The notes under the pieces: model-generated | What the model saw: the letters and a program-made list of their open reading frames with translations, nothing else | Told to the model about the DNA's origin: nothing | Databases searched by the model: none | Made by a program: the position numbers and the translations under genes | Shown: positions 34,752 through 45,100 of the stretch, piece after piece | Layout: the number at the start of each line of letters is the position of its first letter | Position numbering within the stretch: position 1 is the first letter of the stretch | From: an uncultured virus (IMG/VR IMGVR_UViG_3300020057_001237) | Lineage: Duplodnaviria > Heunggongvirae > Uroviricota > Caudoviricetes | DNA: 64,000 bases | Reading direction: 5' to 3' (one strand) | Virus record (IMG/VR): IMGVR_UViG_3300020057_001237

Positions 34752-36311
34752 ATGGGTGACGACTGGAGAAGTTTAGAAAATAAAAACAAAACACGGCAGG
34801 CACAGGTCTCCGGCAATGACGCCATGCGTGGTATTTTCTCGGCATTAATCGACTCTGCTTCAGGTGAAAAGCAGACGGCGAAACTAGTCTACAGCGGCGG
34901 CGAGCGCTCTATTCCACTGCCGATGCCTTTCGAAAGCTCGGAGAGTTGGATCAGAAGCATCCCGACTGAAGCTTCTAATGCGATCATATCCTATAGATCC
35001 GATACGCAAGATCCCGTCTTCTTAAGTTACGAAAATTCAAATCCTCAAAAACAGCTAGACAACTATGCTGCCGGTTACAACGTATATCGACCTTTGAACC
35101 CAGGTGAGCACGAAATACACAGCTCAGGCTACGCTCAGTCCTATTACAGTTCTCGTCCTGCGCTTGAGAGCCGTGGTGGCTTAATCCGTTCCTGGCTCGA
35201 CCAAGACAAGCTTGAAGCTGGTGCAAAAGCTCCCCTGCACACACGTCAAATTTGGCAACATCAAGCGGCATCCATAGGCGACGAAGAACGTTTTGGAGCC
35301 GTGAGAAGACCTTTGAACTTCTTGTTAAAGAACCCTGCCAGTGCAGTTCTCGCACTGTCGCTTACGAGTTCTATCTTCCACGACTATCCTTACCCAGACG
35401 CAACTTTGCCGGGTGGTGTCCCCGCCGTCTTCAACCTTGCGAGTCAAGCTGTTGCTACGGCAACGCAGTCTATAGCGGAGCTAGCTGGTAAATTCAAGCA
35501 ACGTCTATTTGCAAAAGAATACTTGAAAGTAATCAAGAACCCTCTTTTTGGCATCTTGCCTGTAGTTTTAAACCCGAAACTGATCGACTTCCGTGAAGGT
35601 CAAGTCTTTGACGACGACGGTTTTCAGACCATCGGCGGTCAAGGTGCTTACTTGCGGGCACAGTATAAATACTACACGTCGGCATTTGACCCGACGACGA
35701 TTGAAATCGACGAAATAGGTAACATTGACTGGCGTCTTTCCCTCGTAGCAAAGAACGGTTGGAGCGTAACTGTACCTACAGGCGGTATCAGCTTCCTTGT
35801 ACCTCTGCGTGATATTTCCATGAAAGCTTTAGCAGGCGGTATCGACACGATCACAGGTCAAGCAACTTCCATGCTTGCAGGTACCGACATCTCACTTACT
35901 AGTATGGGTGGGGACATTACACTTGACGCCTTCACGGGCAACATCTCTGAGACGGCGGTTTTAGGTAACTATTCAGTAACTACGACCGTAGGAAAAATGG
36001 ACTTCTCCGCCACGCAAAATATAACCATGAAGACTAAGCTCAGTTTCTTGGCAGACGCTCTCGTGAAAGCGCAGATCTCGTCGCCGTTCGTTGACATCGG
36101 CAAGTCGGCAACTTCAAGCATGGCAATGGGTACCGAACTTGCCGCTTGGCTGACGGAACTCGTCGCTGCCTTTTTGAAAGCTTCTTCTTTGTGGACCATC
36201 GGTAACCTTGGGGCACCGTGCGTAATCAACCCAGGATTAGCTGCGGACCTCGGCACGCTGCAAGCCAAAATCATCACGCTCACCTCCAAAACCTGTAAGG
36301 TGCAAGCATGA
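34752..36311 (+). CDS. Baseplate central spike (gp5/gpV-like)
   Basis: OB-fold-like N-terminus, ~8-residue beta-strand repeats (GGIDTITG/TDISLTS/GDITLDA), C-terminal GTELAAWL motif; follows the hub gene. Confidence 0.65.
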   Translation: MGDDWRSLENKNKTRQAQVSGNDAMRGIFSALIDSASGEKQTAKLVYSGGERSIPLPMPFESSESWIRSIPTEASNAIISYRSDTQDPVFLSYENSNPQKQLDNYAAGYNVYRPLNPGEHEIHSSGYAQSYYSSRPALESRGGLIRSWLDQDKLEAGAKAPLHTRQIWQHQAASIGDEERFGAVRRPLNFLLKNPASAVLALSLTSSIFHDYPYPDATLPGGVPAVFNLASQAVATATQSIAELAGKFKQRLFAKEYLKVIKNPLFGILPVVLNPKLIDFREGQVFDDDGFQTIGGQGAYLRAQYKYYTSAFDPTTIEIDEIGNIDWRLSLVAKNGWSVTVPTGGISFLVPLRDISMKALAGGIDTITGQATSMLAGTDISLTSMGGDITLDAFTGNISETAVLGNYSVTTTVGKMDFSATQNITMKTKLSFLADALVKAQISSPFVDIGKSATSSMAMGTELAAWLTELVAAFLKASSLWTIGNLGAPCVINPGLAADLGTLQAKIITLTSKTCKVQA

Positions 36312-36802
36312 CCGACGTTACGGTAGACTTAGACATTCTTCTCAGGGGTCTCAATGGGGACTTAGGATCTGTCACCCTCATTCCGGGTGCGTCAACCTCA
36401 GGTCAAGCTGATCCTCAATCCTTACCGTCTATACCTGCGGTGATGGGATCTTTTGCTTTAGTTCCGTCTTTAGCATACCGCTTCCCCTATAACTCCACAC
36501 GCTTCGTCCGCCTTCAGTACGTCTTAAGCCGTAACGGTGAATACGAAGTCGGTGAGATCTCGTTGCTTTCTAAAGCAGTCAAGACAAGCGGCGATATTCA
36601 GACGTTTGTAGCTCCCTCTGTGACCATGGTGCAGTCGGTGCTTTTGAGCACCGCAACACTAAACGTGTCCCTTACTTTTATGTCCGACACGACTACATTC
36701 TCGCAAACACCATCGTTCGGATTGGCTTACAAGATTACTACAGCTAGCCCTGCGGCGTTCCCTGTTATCAACGCCGCTACATTGAAAATCATTAGTTTTT
36801 AA
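36308..36802 (+). CDS. Hypothetical virion protein
   Basis: Beta-rich ORF coupled to the spike gene. Confidence 0.55.
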   Translation: MTDVTVDLDILLRGLNGDLGSVTLIPGASTSGQADPQSLPSIPAVMGSFALVPSLAYRFPYNSTRFVRLQYVLSRNGEYEVGEISLLSKAVKTSGDIQTFVAPSVTMVQSVLLSTATLNVSLTFMSDTTTFSQTPSFGLAYKITTASPAAFPVINAATLKIISF

Positions 36803-36812
36803 GGGGACATAT

Positions 36813-37049
36813 ATGCCACTCACGGGTAGTGCCACCGCTTTAGCGGCACTGATGAAAAGTGAAATTATTGCCGAGAACTCTAAGGTTGGTTTGGCTCCTC
36901 CAGATCCCAAAGCTTTAACGTCTCTAACGACAGCGGTTGCACGCGCAATCATCACGCATTTTCTCGCACAGGGGCAAGTTGCTCCAGGCATTCCTACGGC
37001 GGGTAGTCCGGCTGCTCAAGCAACTACCGCTCCCGGAAAATTGATATAA
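36813..37049 (+). CDS. Small baseplate-region protein
   Basis: Ala-rich 78 aa with GGGG RBS; lies between baseplate genes. Confidence 0.6.
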   Translation: MPLTGSATALAALMKSEIIAENSKVGLAPPDPKALTSLTTAVARAIITHFLAQGQVAPGIPTAGSPAAQATTAPGKLI

Positions 37050-37058
37050 GAGGCTTAG

Positions 37059-39644
37059 ATGACAGAACCTTTATCTCCTAACATGCTCCGATTCGTACAG
37101 TGCGGACTGCCTGACGAAGTGGCGGCTCGTTTCGCCCTTTTTCTTGACGACTTCGAGCTGCGGACTATGGAGATCGAGGAACAGTTCAAATCTTTCGAGT
37201 TAAACGAGAAGCCGCTTTTGATAGCGGCACTTGATGCTCAAGTAGACATGCGTAAGAAGTTGATCGAAGGCGGTCTCGTTCCAGAGCTGTCGTCACTTGA
37301 CGCAATTGAAGACAGTCTAAAGTTGACTTCACCTGCTAAAGGCGACGATGACCCCGACGTGGTTTCTCAAGACGAACGCAAGCTAGGTGCGGCTGGGATT
37401 GTTTGTCTTTTCGGACGTTTGTTTGCGAAGACGAATACCACCGAGCTTCTTGCCTTCAGGGAACTTTGGAAGTCTGTAGACGGCGACTTCGACGCCTTCT
37501 TAGCTCTTGGCGACGGCGTGGCGGCGTCTTTGGACGGCGAGTTTACGCTAGTGCAGTACAATCCTAAGAGCGACCTCTTTCCTTACGTCAACAAGACGTG
37601 GACCTATTTGGATACTGCTCAGTCTTACGCCAAGAGATCCAACTACAAACAGGCTCTCCTTTGGACCAACACGATTCTACCTACGACCGCCAACAACTTA
37701 AAACTTCAAGCAGTTGGCTACAGCTCCGCACAGATCAGCCGTATTTTTGCTAGAGAGCAACCAGCCGACCCACAAGCTAGTTCCAACTTAAGTCTGTCGG
37801 TAGCATCCGTAAAAAGTCTTGCATCTCTCTTACTCGCAGCCAAAAACGATCCTGCTCGTAGTCCTCTTTGGACGCACGAGTCGATTCAGCTTGAAGATGC
37901 CCTCCGCAGCTACATCACGTACCGCTTCAACACTTATCAAACGTCTTACGTTTTCGATGTGGATTATTGGGAAAAGCTAAAAGCTTCGCTGCAAAAAAAG
38001 CACATGAAAGAACTGTTTGAAAACAGACCTGAAGTTACCGGGATGGCACTGCCGACGACGGAAGCGATGTTAGGTGACCTCTTGACGGTAGCTACGAACT
38101 TGCCCATTGGCAGTTCGGTTATCAACAGCTACATGATTAAGCTCGCAGATCCCGACAAAGATCTTCTCTACGAAGAGAAACTGTCTAAGCTCGGCACGAG
38201 GCTCTATACTCAGCTTTCTCTTGTAAACCATCCGCACTTAGCAACCGTCAAAGTTCTTCTAGAAGAAGTGCAAGGCGGTCCTATCAGTAAATTTCCTGGC
38301 ACGCCGGACCAAGCTCTTAACGTAGCAGATATCAAAAATCTCCTAAACGTAGGCGTTGGCGACGAGCAAGACGATAACGACAAGACCGCAAGCGGTTACA
38401 TTGCATCCGTCAACGGTGCGGTGAACAACTCAAGCGACCCCAATTTAGCTAAAGACAGCTTAGGTACGGCGTCTCAAGGCGACAAGTCTATAAAGACCAC
38501 AAGTCCGACGAACGGTTTGGAGACGATGGAAAACTTCGCCTCGATTTTATTCCGCCGTGTAAGGTGGGCTGAGAACTTTGTCGTGTGTGAGAAGAGTTTC
38601 TCAAAAGAAAAGTCAGGTCTTGTCCCTGTGACACAGGGCACCAAAAATGTTGGCGGTGTTATTGGTGCTGCATCTGTTGGTCCTGCGGCAGCGGGAGCTA
38701 CCGATGCTTCAGATCTCTCTACGTTAGGAAGTGAGATCAAAAAGAACTTAAGTTCCCGTGTCCAAAAAGGCAACGAGAATGCACTCAGAGCTAAAGACCG
38801 CCGCACTATTCTCCCACCGACACCGCCGCCAAAACGTAAGGTGGACGTAAAGTTCGAGTACAAATGCTCGTCGAAACTCGACACAGAATTTACTAGGTAC
38901 TTAGCAGCACGGGAAAGAGCTTTCCGCAAAGCGTTGCTTGCGCTCTTGAAGGCTTTGAAGGAATTGATAATCAAAATCCAAGACGCTATTGATAAGGTCA
39001 TCTATACGGCACAAGTCATTCTCGACACAATCCTCGGACGCCTTGAACGTTTGTTGACCTTTGACTTCCACATCGGCGGCAAGTTCGGCTTTGAAAACTC
39101 GCTCATCAAGTGTTCGTGGGATCTCGACTTCGGTTTGAAGATCGACCTCTTCGGCGAACTCTTAAAGCTGCTCAACGGCTTCTTCGACGAGTTCTTTAAG
39201 AACTTGCGGGTTGGTTTGAAAAGCATTCAAGACATCATCACGAAATACATTTGTATCGCCGTGAGGTTAGTCGAGAGTTTGATCGGCGGATCCAACGCTT
39301 TGCTTGGTCTCATCGGGTGTAGCGTCAAAGATATCAGGTTGCCACCGGAGATCTTAGAGTTCTTAAAGCTCATGCTTGCCTCTTTGGATCTCCGTGGTCT
39401 CGTTCTGCGTAAAGGCTACGACGCTGCTTTTGAACTTTCTGGTAGTTTTAAGAAGCATAAAAATTCTTTTAATGGTCTTACGCAGTTTGCAGCTCTTTGT
39501 CAGAACGTGCCTATGCGCGATGCACTGAATGCCCTCGACACCGCACTACTTAAGACATCGGTCACAGCTCCGACTAAAATTACTGACGGTCTTACTGGTG
39601 CATCCGATATTTTGAAGCAAAACACCGTTAGTAATATCGTGTAA
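37059..39644 (+). CDS. Large hypothetical structural-region protein
   Basis: 861 aa; C-terminal amphipathic helices with scattered Cys; GAGG RBS. Confidence 0.7.
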   Translation: MTEPLSPNMLRFVQCGLPDEVAARFALFLDDFELRTMEIEEQFKSFELNEKPLLIAALDAQVDMRKKLIEGGLVPELSSLDAIEDSLKLTSPAKGDDDPDVVSQDERKLGAAGIVCLFGRLFAKTNTTELLAFRELWKSVDGDFDAFLALGDGVAASLDGEFTLVQYNPKSDLFPYVNKTWTYLDTAQSYAKRSNYKQALLWTNTILPTTANNLKLQAVGYSSAQISRIFAREQPADPQASSNLSLSVASVKSLASLLLAAKNDPARSPLWTHESIQLEDALRSYITYRFNTYQTSYVFDVDYWEKLKASLQKKHMKELFENRPEVTGMALPTTEAMLGDLLTVATNLPIGSSVINSYMIKLADPDKDLLYEEKLSKLGTRLYTQLSLVNHPHLATVKVLLEEVQGGPISKFPGTPDQALNVADIKNLLNVGVGDEQDDNDKTASGYIASVNGAVNNSSDPNLAKDSLGTASQGDKSIKTTSPTNGLETMENFASILFRRVRWAENFVVCEKSFSKEKSGLVPVTQGTKNVGGVIGAASVGPAAAGATDASDLSTLGSEIKKNLSSRVQKGNENALRAKDRRTILPPTPPPKRKVDVKFEYKCSSKLDTEFTRYLAARERAFRKALLALLKALKELIIKIQDAIDKVIYTAQVILDTILGRLERLLTFDFHIGGKFGFENSLIKCSWDLDFGLKIDLFGELLKLLNGFFDEFFKNLRVGLKSIQDIITKYICIAVRLVESLIGGSNALLGLIGCSVKDIRLPPEILEFLKLMLASLDLRGLVLRKGYDAAFELSGSFKKHKNSFNGLTQFAALCQNVPMRDALNALDTALLKTSVTAPTKITDGLTGASDILKQNTVSNIV

Positions 39645-39655
39645 GGAGGCTACCT

Positions 39656-40192
39656 GTGGGTGTCACATTAGATAGCGGTCAACGAGAAATAGTTGATATT
39701 AAAAAGAAGAAACCCTCTAACAGACCTAATTACTACAATTCTGGTACAGGCGCTAACGTGCGCATCAGTGAAGACTTTGAAGCTTTTCTTATTTTGCAAG
39801 GACGCCAAAGAAACCAAGAGACCGTCAACTGGTTAAACCTAGCGTTAGACCTCACGATCAAAGACGGCGACCGAGACGCACTCGCAGGTCAAGCCATCAC
39901 CGCCGACGTAGAAGATGCGGAGCAAGCCGAAAGAGAGATGAAACCACTCATCAGCTTGTTTAACCGCTTCAAGACTACTTACCAGCTTACAGGCTTTGAG
40001 CAAGTAACTGAGGCAGGTCTGCTACTTGCGGACATGCAAAGACCGATGAGCGAGATTATAGGGATTGTAAATCGGTTAAAGCACAGGAAGCAATTTGGTG
40101 CCCTAGTTCTTGCGGATCTCAAATCCAACGGCGTCTCGCAAGACAGGGAAAAACAAATTCGAAGCTGGTTTTCGCCGTTGACCGCTTACTGA
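39656..40192 (+). CDS. Hypothetical protein
   Basis: AGGAGG RBS before GTG. Confidence 0.65.
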   Translation: MGVTLDSGQREIVDIKKKKPSNRPNYYNSGTGANVRISEDFEAFLILQGRQRNQETVNWLNLALDLTIKDGDRDALAGQAITADVEDAEQAEREMKPLISLFNRFKTTYQLTGFEQVTEAGLLLADMQRPMSEIIGIVNRLKHRKQFGALVLADLKSNGVSQDREKQIRSWFSPLTAY

Positions 40193-40201
40193 GGAGGTCT
40201 C

Positions 40202-40678
40202 TTGTCGTTAGCACTTAGAAAAGCAGATGGTGACCTCTTCATTGATAACGAAACGGGGCGTGGTGAAGCCGTCAGCGGTCCCACTAAAGTATCGCAAGAA
40301 CTATTCTCTCTTTACACAACTGAGTACGACGAGCAAAGGAATTGGGGTATTGAACTTAACTTGCCGGATATCAAATTCAGCTCAGCTCAATATTTTAGGT
40401 CACTCCTCTATTCTAGAGTCAACCAAGCAAATGAACGCCTACTTCTTAAGCAGGAGTCTGACTCCTTTATGGACGAAACGGAAAAGATCACAGAGTTCTC
40501 AAACTTAGAGATCGTAGTAGATCTTGAAAATTCTGCTGGAATCTTCTTCTCCACGGCGGAGGTCGGTGACCCGGCAACGGAAGTTGGTCAAGCATTGTCG
40601 ATTTCCTTCAAACCAGTAAGCACAAAGCATGTAGTACCACCTGTGTTTCCTGAAGGTCTGGATTTCTTTAAGGGGTAA
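40202..40678 (+). CDS. Baseplate wedge protein, gp25/gpW-like
   Basis: DGDLFID...VSGPTKVSQEL...NWGIEL pattern; directly upstream of the J-like gene; GAGGAGG RBS. Confidence 0.7.
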   Translation: MSLALRKADGDLFIDNETGRGEAVSGPTKVSQELFSLYTTEYDEQRNWGIELNLPDIKFSSAQYFRSLLYSRVNQANERLLLKQESDSFMDETEKITEFSNLEIVVDLENSAGIFFSTAEVGDPATEVGQALSISFKPVSTKHVVPPVFPEGLDFFKG

Positions 40679-40681
40679 TTG

Positions 40682-42097
40682 ATGGGTCGCTCGGCATCTG
40701 AAATCGAAGAAAGTATGCGTAATACGCTTGCGGAGATCAATCCTTCCATCGACTTCAAGGTGGGACCTACCTATGATTATCTCTTACGTCCTGTTCCGCA
40801 AGAGCTTGCTTTCGTGGAAGCTCAAGTAGACAGGCTTTTGCGTTTTTACTCTGGTGACTTTCCCGTCGTTGCTTCACCTACGGAAGCGCGAGACTTCGCC
40901 AACAACTTCGGCGTTAGCATTTCTCTCGGCGAACGAGCGAGGGGGACAGTCACCTTTTTCCGTGCTTCGCCGCCGACTGCGGGTTCCACGTTGACTGTCC
41001 CCGTTGGGGCACTTGTCTCTACGGCTGACGCTACGCTTATCTTCCGAGCTGTCGAAAGCGTCTCAATGCTAGGAGACTTCAGCGACACCTACTATAACCC
41101 AACGTCGAACCGCTACGAGATCACCGTACCTGTACAAGCTGTAGGTCCGGGTACGCTCTACAACGTTCCCCCGCTAAGAGTTGGTAAGATCTTAACGGCT
41201 CAACTTGCTTTCGACGGCATTCAACAGAATACCCGTATGTCGGGTGGTTCTGAACCCGAGTCGAGTTTTGACTTAGTGAATAGAGTCATCACGCAGTTCA
41301 AAGGTATCAACTTGGGGTCGATTGAAGGAATCGCTGGGATGGCAAAACGCTTTATCCCAACCGGCATCTTAGACTTGAAGGTGATTCGTCCAACTGACCG
41401 TCTTGAGTTTCGCCGTCCAACGTCAGGTCCGGCTCTTGACCTTTGCCTAAATGGTTATGACATCCAAGTCTTCAACGAAGACTACTTCGCCTTCGGTGGT
41501 GAAACTTTAATCACGCTCAAAGAGACTTCGGTCACCAACGTTTCCGGCGTTAGCATCAACGGAACATCTTTAGACGAAGATGATTGGGCGTTTCTTCCCG
41601 ACACAACGCCTGAGTACAGAGACTCCACAAGAGCTAAAAACAAGATCGAGTTCTTGTCGCCGCTTAATCCTAACGACATCGTAGACATAGTTGGGACCAA
41701 GAACACTTTGCTTGATCGTGTGCAGGTCCTCTTCGTCAACAACGACTTAGCTCTTTTTCAAACAGATGTCCTCGTGCGGGCATTTGTGGATTTACCGATT
41801 GTAGTGGGTGTAGAGCTGAGAGTCAAAAACAGTCCAAATTTCAACTCTACAGACACTCAAAACCTCTTAGCTACTATCGTAGCGGACTACATTGAGCCGT
41901 TCGAAGTTCCTGAAGAGTTACGTGCGGATCTTCTTGTGGAAAATTTGAGAACTCAAATACCAGACCTTGATTCAGTGCGTGTTTTTGAGTTCAGAAGAAG
42001 GTACTCTTCTATTGAGCAAGTAGAGGTCATTAGACCTCTTAAGAATGAGATACCTAAATACGACACGACAATTTCCACGCTCACAGTCCGTGCATAA
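40682..42097 (+). CDS. Baseplate J-like (gp6) protein
   Basis: ARGTVTFF, VPVGALVST, VQAVGPGTLYNV, MSGGSEPES motifs of Baseplate_J. Confidence 0.88.
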   Translation: MGRSASEIEESMRNTLAEINPSIDFKVGPTYDYLLRPVPQELAFVEAQVDRLLRFYSGDFPVVASPTEARDFANNFGVSISLGERARGTVTFFRASPPTAGSTLTVPVGALVSTADATLIFRAVESVSMLGDFSDTYYNPTSNRYEITVPVQAVGPGTLYNVPPLRVGKILTAQLAFDGIQQNTRMSGGSEPESSFDLVNRVITQFKGINLGSIEGIAGMAKRFIPTGILDLKVIRPTDRLEFRRPTSGPALDLCLNGYDIQVFNEDYFAFGGETLITLKETSVTNVSGVSINGTSLDEDDWAFLPDTTPEYRDSTRAKNKIEFLSPLNPNDIVDIVGTKNTLLDRVQVLFVNNDLALFQTDVLVRAFVDLPIVVGVELRVKNSPNFNSTDTQNLLATIVADYIEPFEVPEELRADLLVENLRTQIPDLDSVRVFEFRRRYSSIEQVEVIRPLKNEIPKYDTTISTLTVRA

Positions 42098-42106
42098 GAG
42101 AACTAG

Positions 42107-45100
42107 ATGGCGTCTTTTGATATCGAATACAACATTGGCGAAGACCTCGTTGTCTACAAACGTCTCCTCGACCAGCTCCCTAAAGGGCAAGACAACCTAA
42201 ATCAAGGTCTCGTCTTACCGTCGAACACGACGCTTACGCCGTTGTCTTTACTTATTAAAAACGTTAAACCCAATATCCCGCACATTCTCTACGTAACGGC
42301 AGAGAACGGAACTCCTCCTGTTCAGCAGATCGGGTTCGTTCCGACTTCGACCTCATTTCCCATAACGATCCCGCTTTTAAAAGGCGTCAACACGATCTTT
42401 ATTATCGACAATACGGGTTTCAGAACTCGGTTTTCGGTATCAGTCACGCACTATGCATTGCTCTTTCGAGCCCACGCTCGGGAGATCAACGAGCATTCAA
42501 TCATTCCACTAGATAGAGTCGAAGCCAACATCACGTCGTCCATCGGCTACGTGCTCGCTGCTCCTCTTATTGCCGACGTGAACAAGTTCATCCCGACCGA
42601 CTTAGAGATCTTAGGGACACTTTCCAACAAGCTTCTGGTTAAAAACTTATTATTTAGACCCGGTACGACGCCTGCGGTCATCGAAATCCTTACCGCCTTC
42701 GGTGCGTCACATCCGGTCTTCAACCCCATGAAGAACATTGGGATTCCAGAGACGCCGCTTTACAGACCTGAAGAGCACTTCTCAGGTTTTGAAGCTCACA
42801 TGTGGCTACCTAACCGAGAAGTGGAGCGGTGGAAAGCCTTCTCCATCTTTCTCAACAACCTGCCACAGCTTTACTCCATCCAACAGATCACAGAAGGCGA
42901 GATCTACGTCAAGGTTGGAGACCGCATTCACCGCCACAACTTCGACTTTGAGAGCGACTTCGCTAACACGGTGCTTGAAGGTGGTGCTGGCGACGATTGC
43001 TTCAACAGGCTTTTCCGTCTCGACATTTCATCGGAAGGTGAGATGTTCATAGGCTTCTGCCAAGCCTCTTACTTTATGGACTCCGTGCTGCCCGCTCCCG
43101 GACTTGAAACACCCGACACCGATCTACTTGGCGTCACAAACTTCCAAGACTGGACTCTTACGGGAAGAATGGATCAGCAGTGGGACCACTCTTATGGTGC
43201 CCACGAATGGCACTACGACAGTCCGCTCTTCGGTGTGGTAGACGGCAACAATAGGTATTTCGACTTAGCCTTTGACCCTAACTCGGCTCGTGCCGTAAAA
43301 ATCCTGATAGATGGTCTTCTTCTACGGTTGAACCTTGACTACCGTATTTCGGTAGGTTCGGACTTCCGTTCAGGCGTCTATCAGTTGCCTAACTCGATGA
43401 GTCCAATCCTTATCGACGCAGGCGTAGGTGATCCTAGACCGTTTCTCGGACCTAGCTTTTCGTCTATAGAAATAGTTGGTTCCGGCGATGCACAGTATCT
43501 GGTGACGGCGACTAACCAAACACTTACGTCGTTAAGCTTTGTGATCTCGCACCCGCCGTCAGCTCCTGCGTCAGACGAAGAGGGTCGCCTTCACTACACG
43601 TCGCCAGCTTTGCTTGCGCCGAACTATGCAGGTGACAATCAGTATGGCACCGAAACACTTGTCATTGGTTCGACAGCTCACATCATCACGTTCCCAACGC
43701 CGCTTTTAAATGTAGACTATCAGTTGATCGTTCAATACGCAGAAGACCCTGCGGGCACGCCGACATCGGTAAGCCAACTTCACAGCATTGTAAGAAACCA
43801 TACCCTTACGACCGCCGTCGTGGAGTTCTCCGAAGCAGTCGTTAGTCCCAACGCCAAGCTCCATTGGTGGGCAATCGAAGAAGACAGCGTAGCTCTTGAG
43901 CGGGGGACAATAACCCTAACGTCGAGTATCAGTGACATCCTTTTAGCCTTTACGGCAGGTCCCTACCTCGATCAAGTCGTCTTGATTCTACAGTTGTGGA
44001 ATACGACAGGTGTCGGCTCCGTGGACTTGCCTTTGGTGTCCTTTACAAACTTGAATCAGTTTTCGGCTAAGGTGCTTTTTTCGCATGAAATACCAGACGG
44101 AAACTACCGCCTAGACTACATCATCTTCCCTAGCCAAGCAGGTAACCTTGTTGAGATATTTGCTCCACCAGGACCAACTCAGCTCGTCGAGGCGCACTAC
44201 GACGTAGAGTGGACGCATTGGGAAAACGCAGGTCCGCTTGAGCCCGTAGACGGACTTAAAAATACCTTCACCCTTTACTCACCTTGCCCTATCCCCGAAG
44301 CAATGTACGCAACGCTAGACGGAAGACTTTTAACGCAGGGCTTGGATCAACAGTATGTCCTCGACGGACCAACCCACGTCAGACTTAACTTCACACCTGA
44401 GTTTGGTCAGAAGCTATGGTTCGTTTACCCCATCGCCGACCTTGGTGGAAATCCTCCTGACTCTTCTTGGTACCAAGGCTTTCTTGCACGTCAAGCTGAC
44501 ACCACGGGTGCCTTAGCTACAGGCTTCGTTACTAATGCGTCTACGATTGACGACGGCAATACGCTTACGATAAGCGGCGAGACCTTTACGGCGAAGAATA
44601 CGGCTAGGGGAAGTATTTCCAATACGACACGTATATTAGTTGGCGATGCGGTAACATTTGTTGAGGAAGGTATCACGCTCATAGGTGCTCCCTTTCTTGC
44701 CCTACCGACAACAGGTGTGGCAGAAACTACAAGCATCAATGTGATCGGCGATTTCGCTGGATCGCTCAACAGTACCTTTTTCCTAATTGACTCCCCGACG
44801 ACCTCTTATTACGTCTGGTTCAACGTCGGCGGCGTCGGTGTTGATCCTGCCGTCTTCGGTAGAACCGCAGTAGAAGTTGCACTCAATACTAACGACGCCG
44901 CCACGCAGGTTGCTGTAGCTCTTTCGTCGGCTTTAGACTCTTTGTCTGACTTTACCTCTTCACCGCAGGTCGCAACCGTTCAAGTTGCTTGTACCCAAGT
45001 CGGGGATGTCCTCAATACGACTGACGGCGGTAACCCGACGAGTTTCAGCTTCGTAGTAGGAATCGACGGATCTGATCCTACCTACACTCCGTTTGAGTTC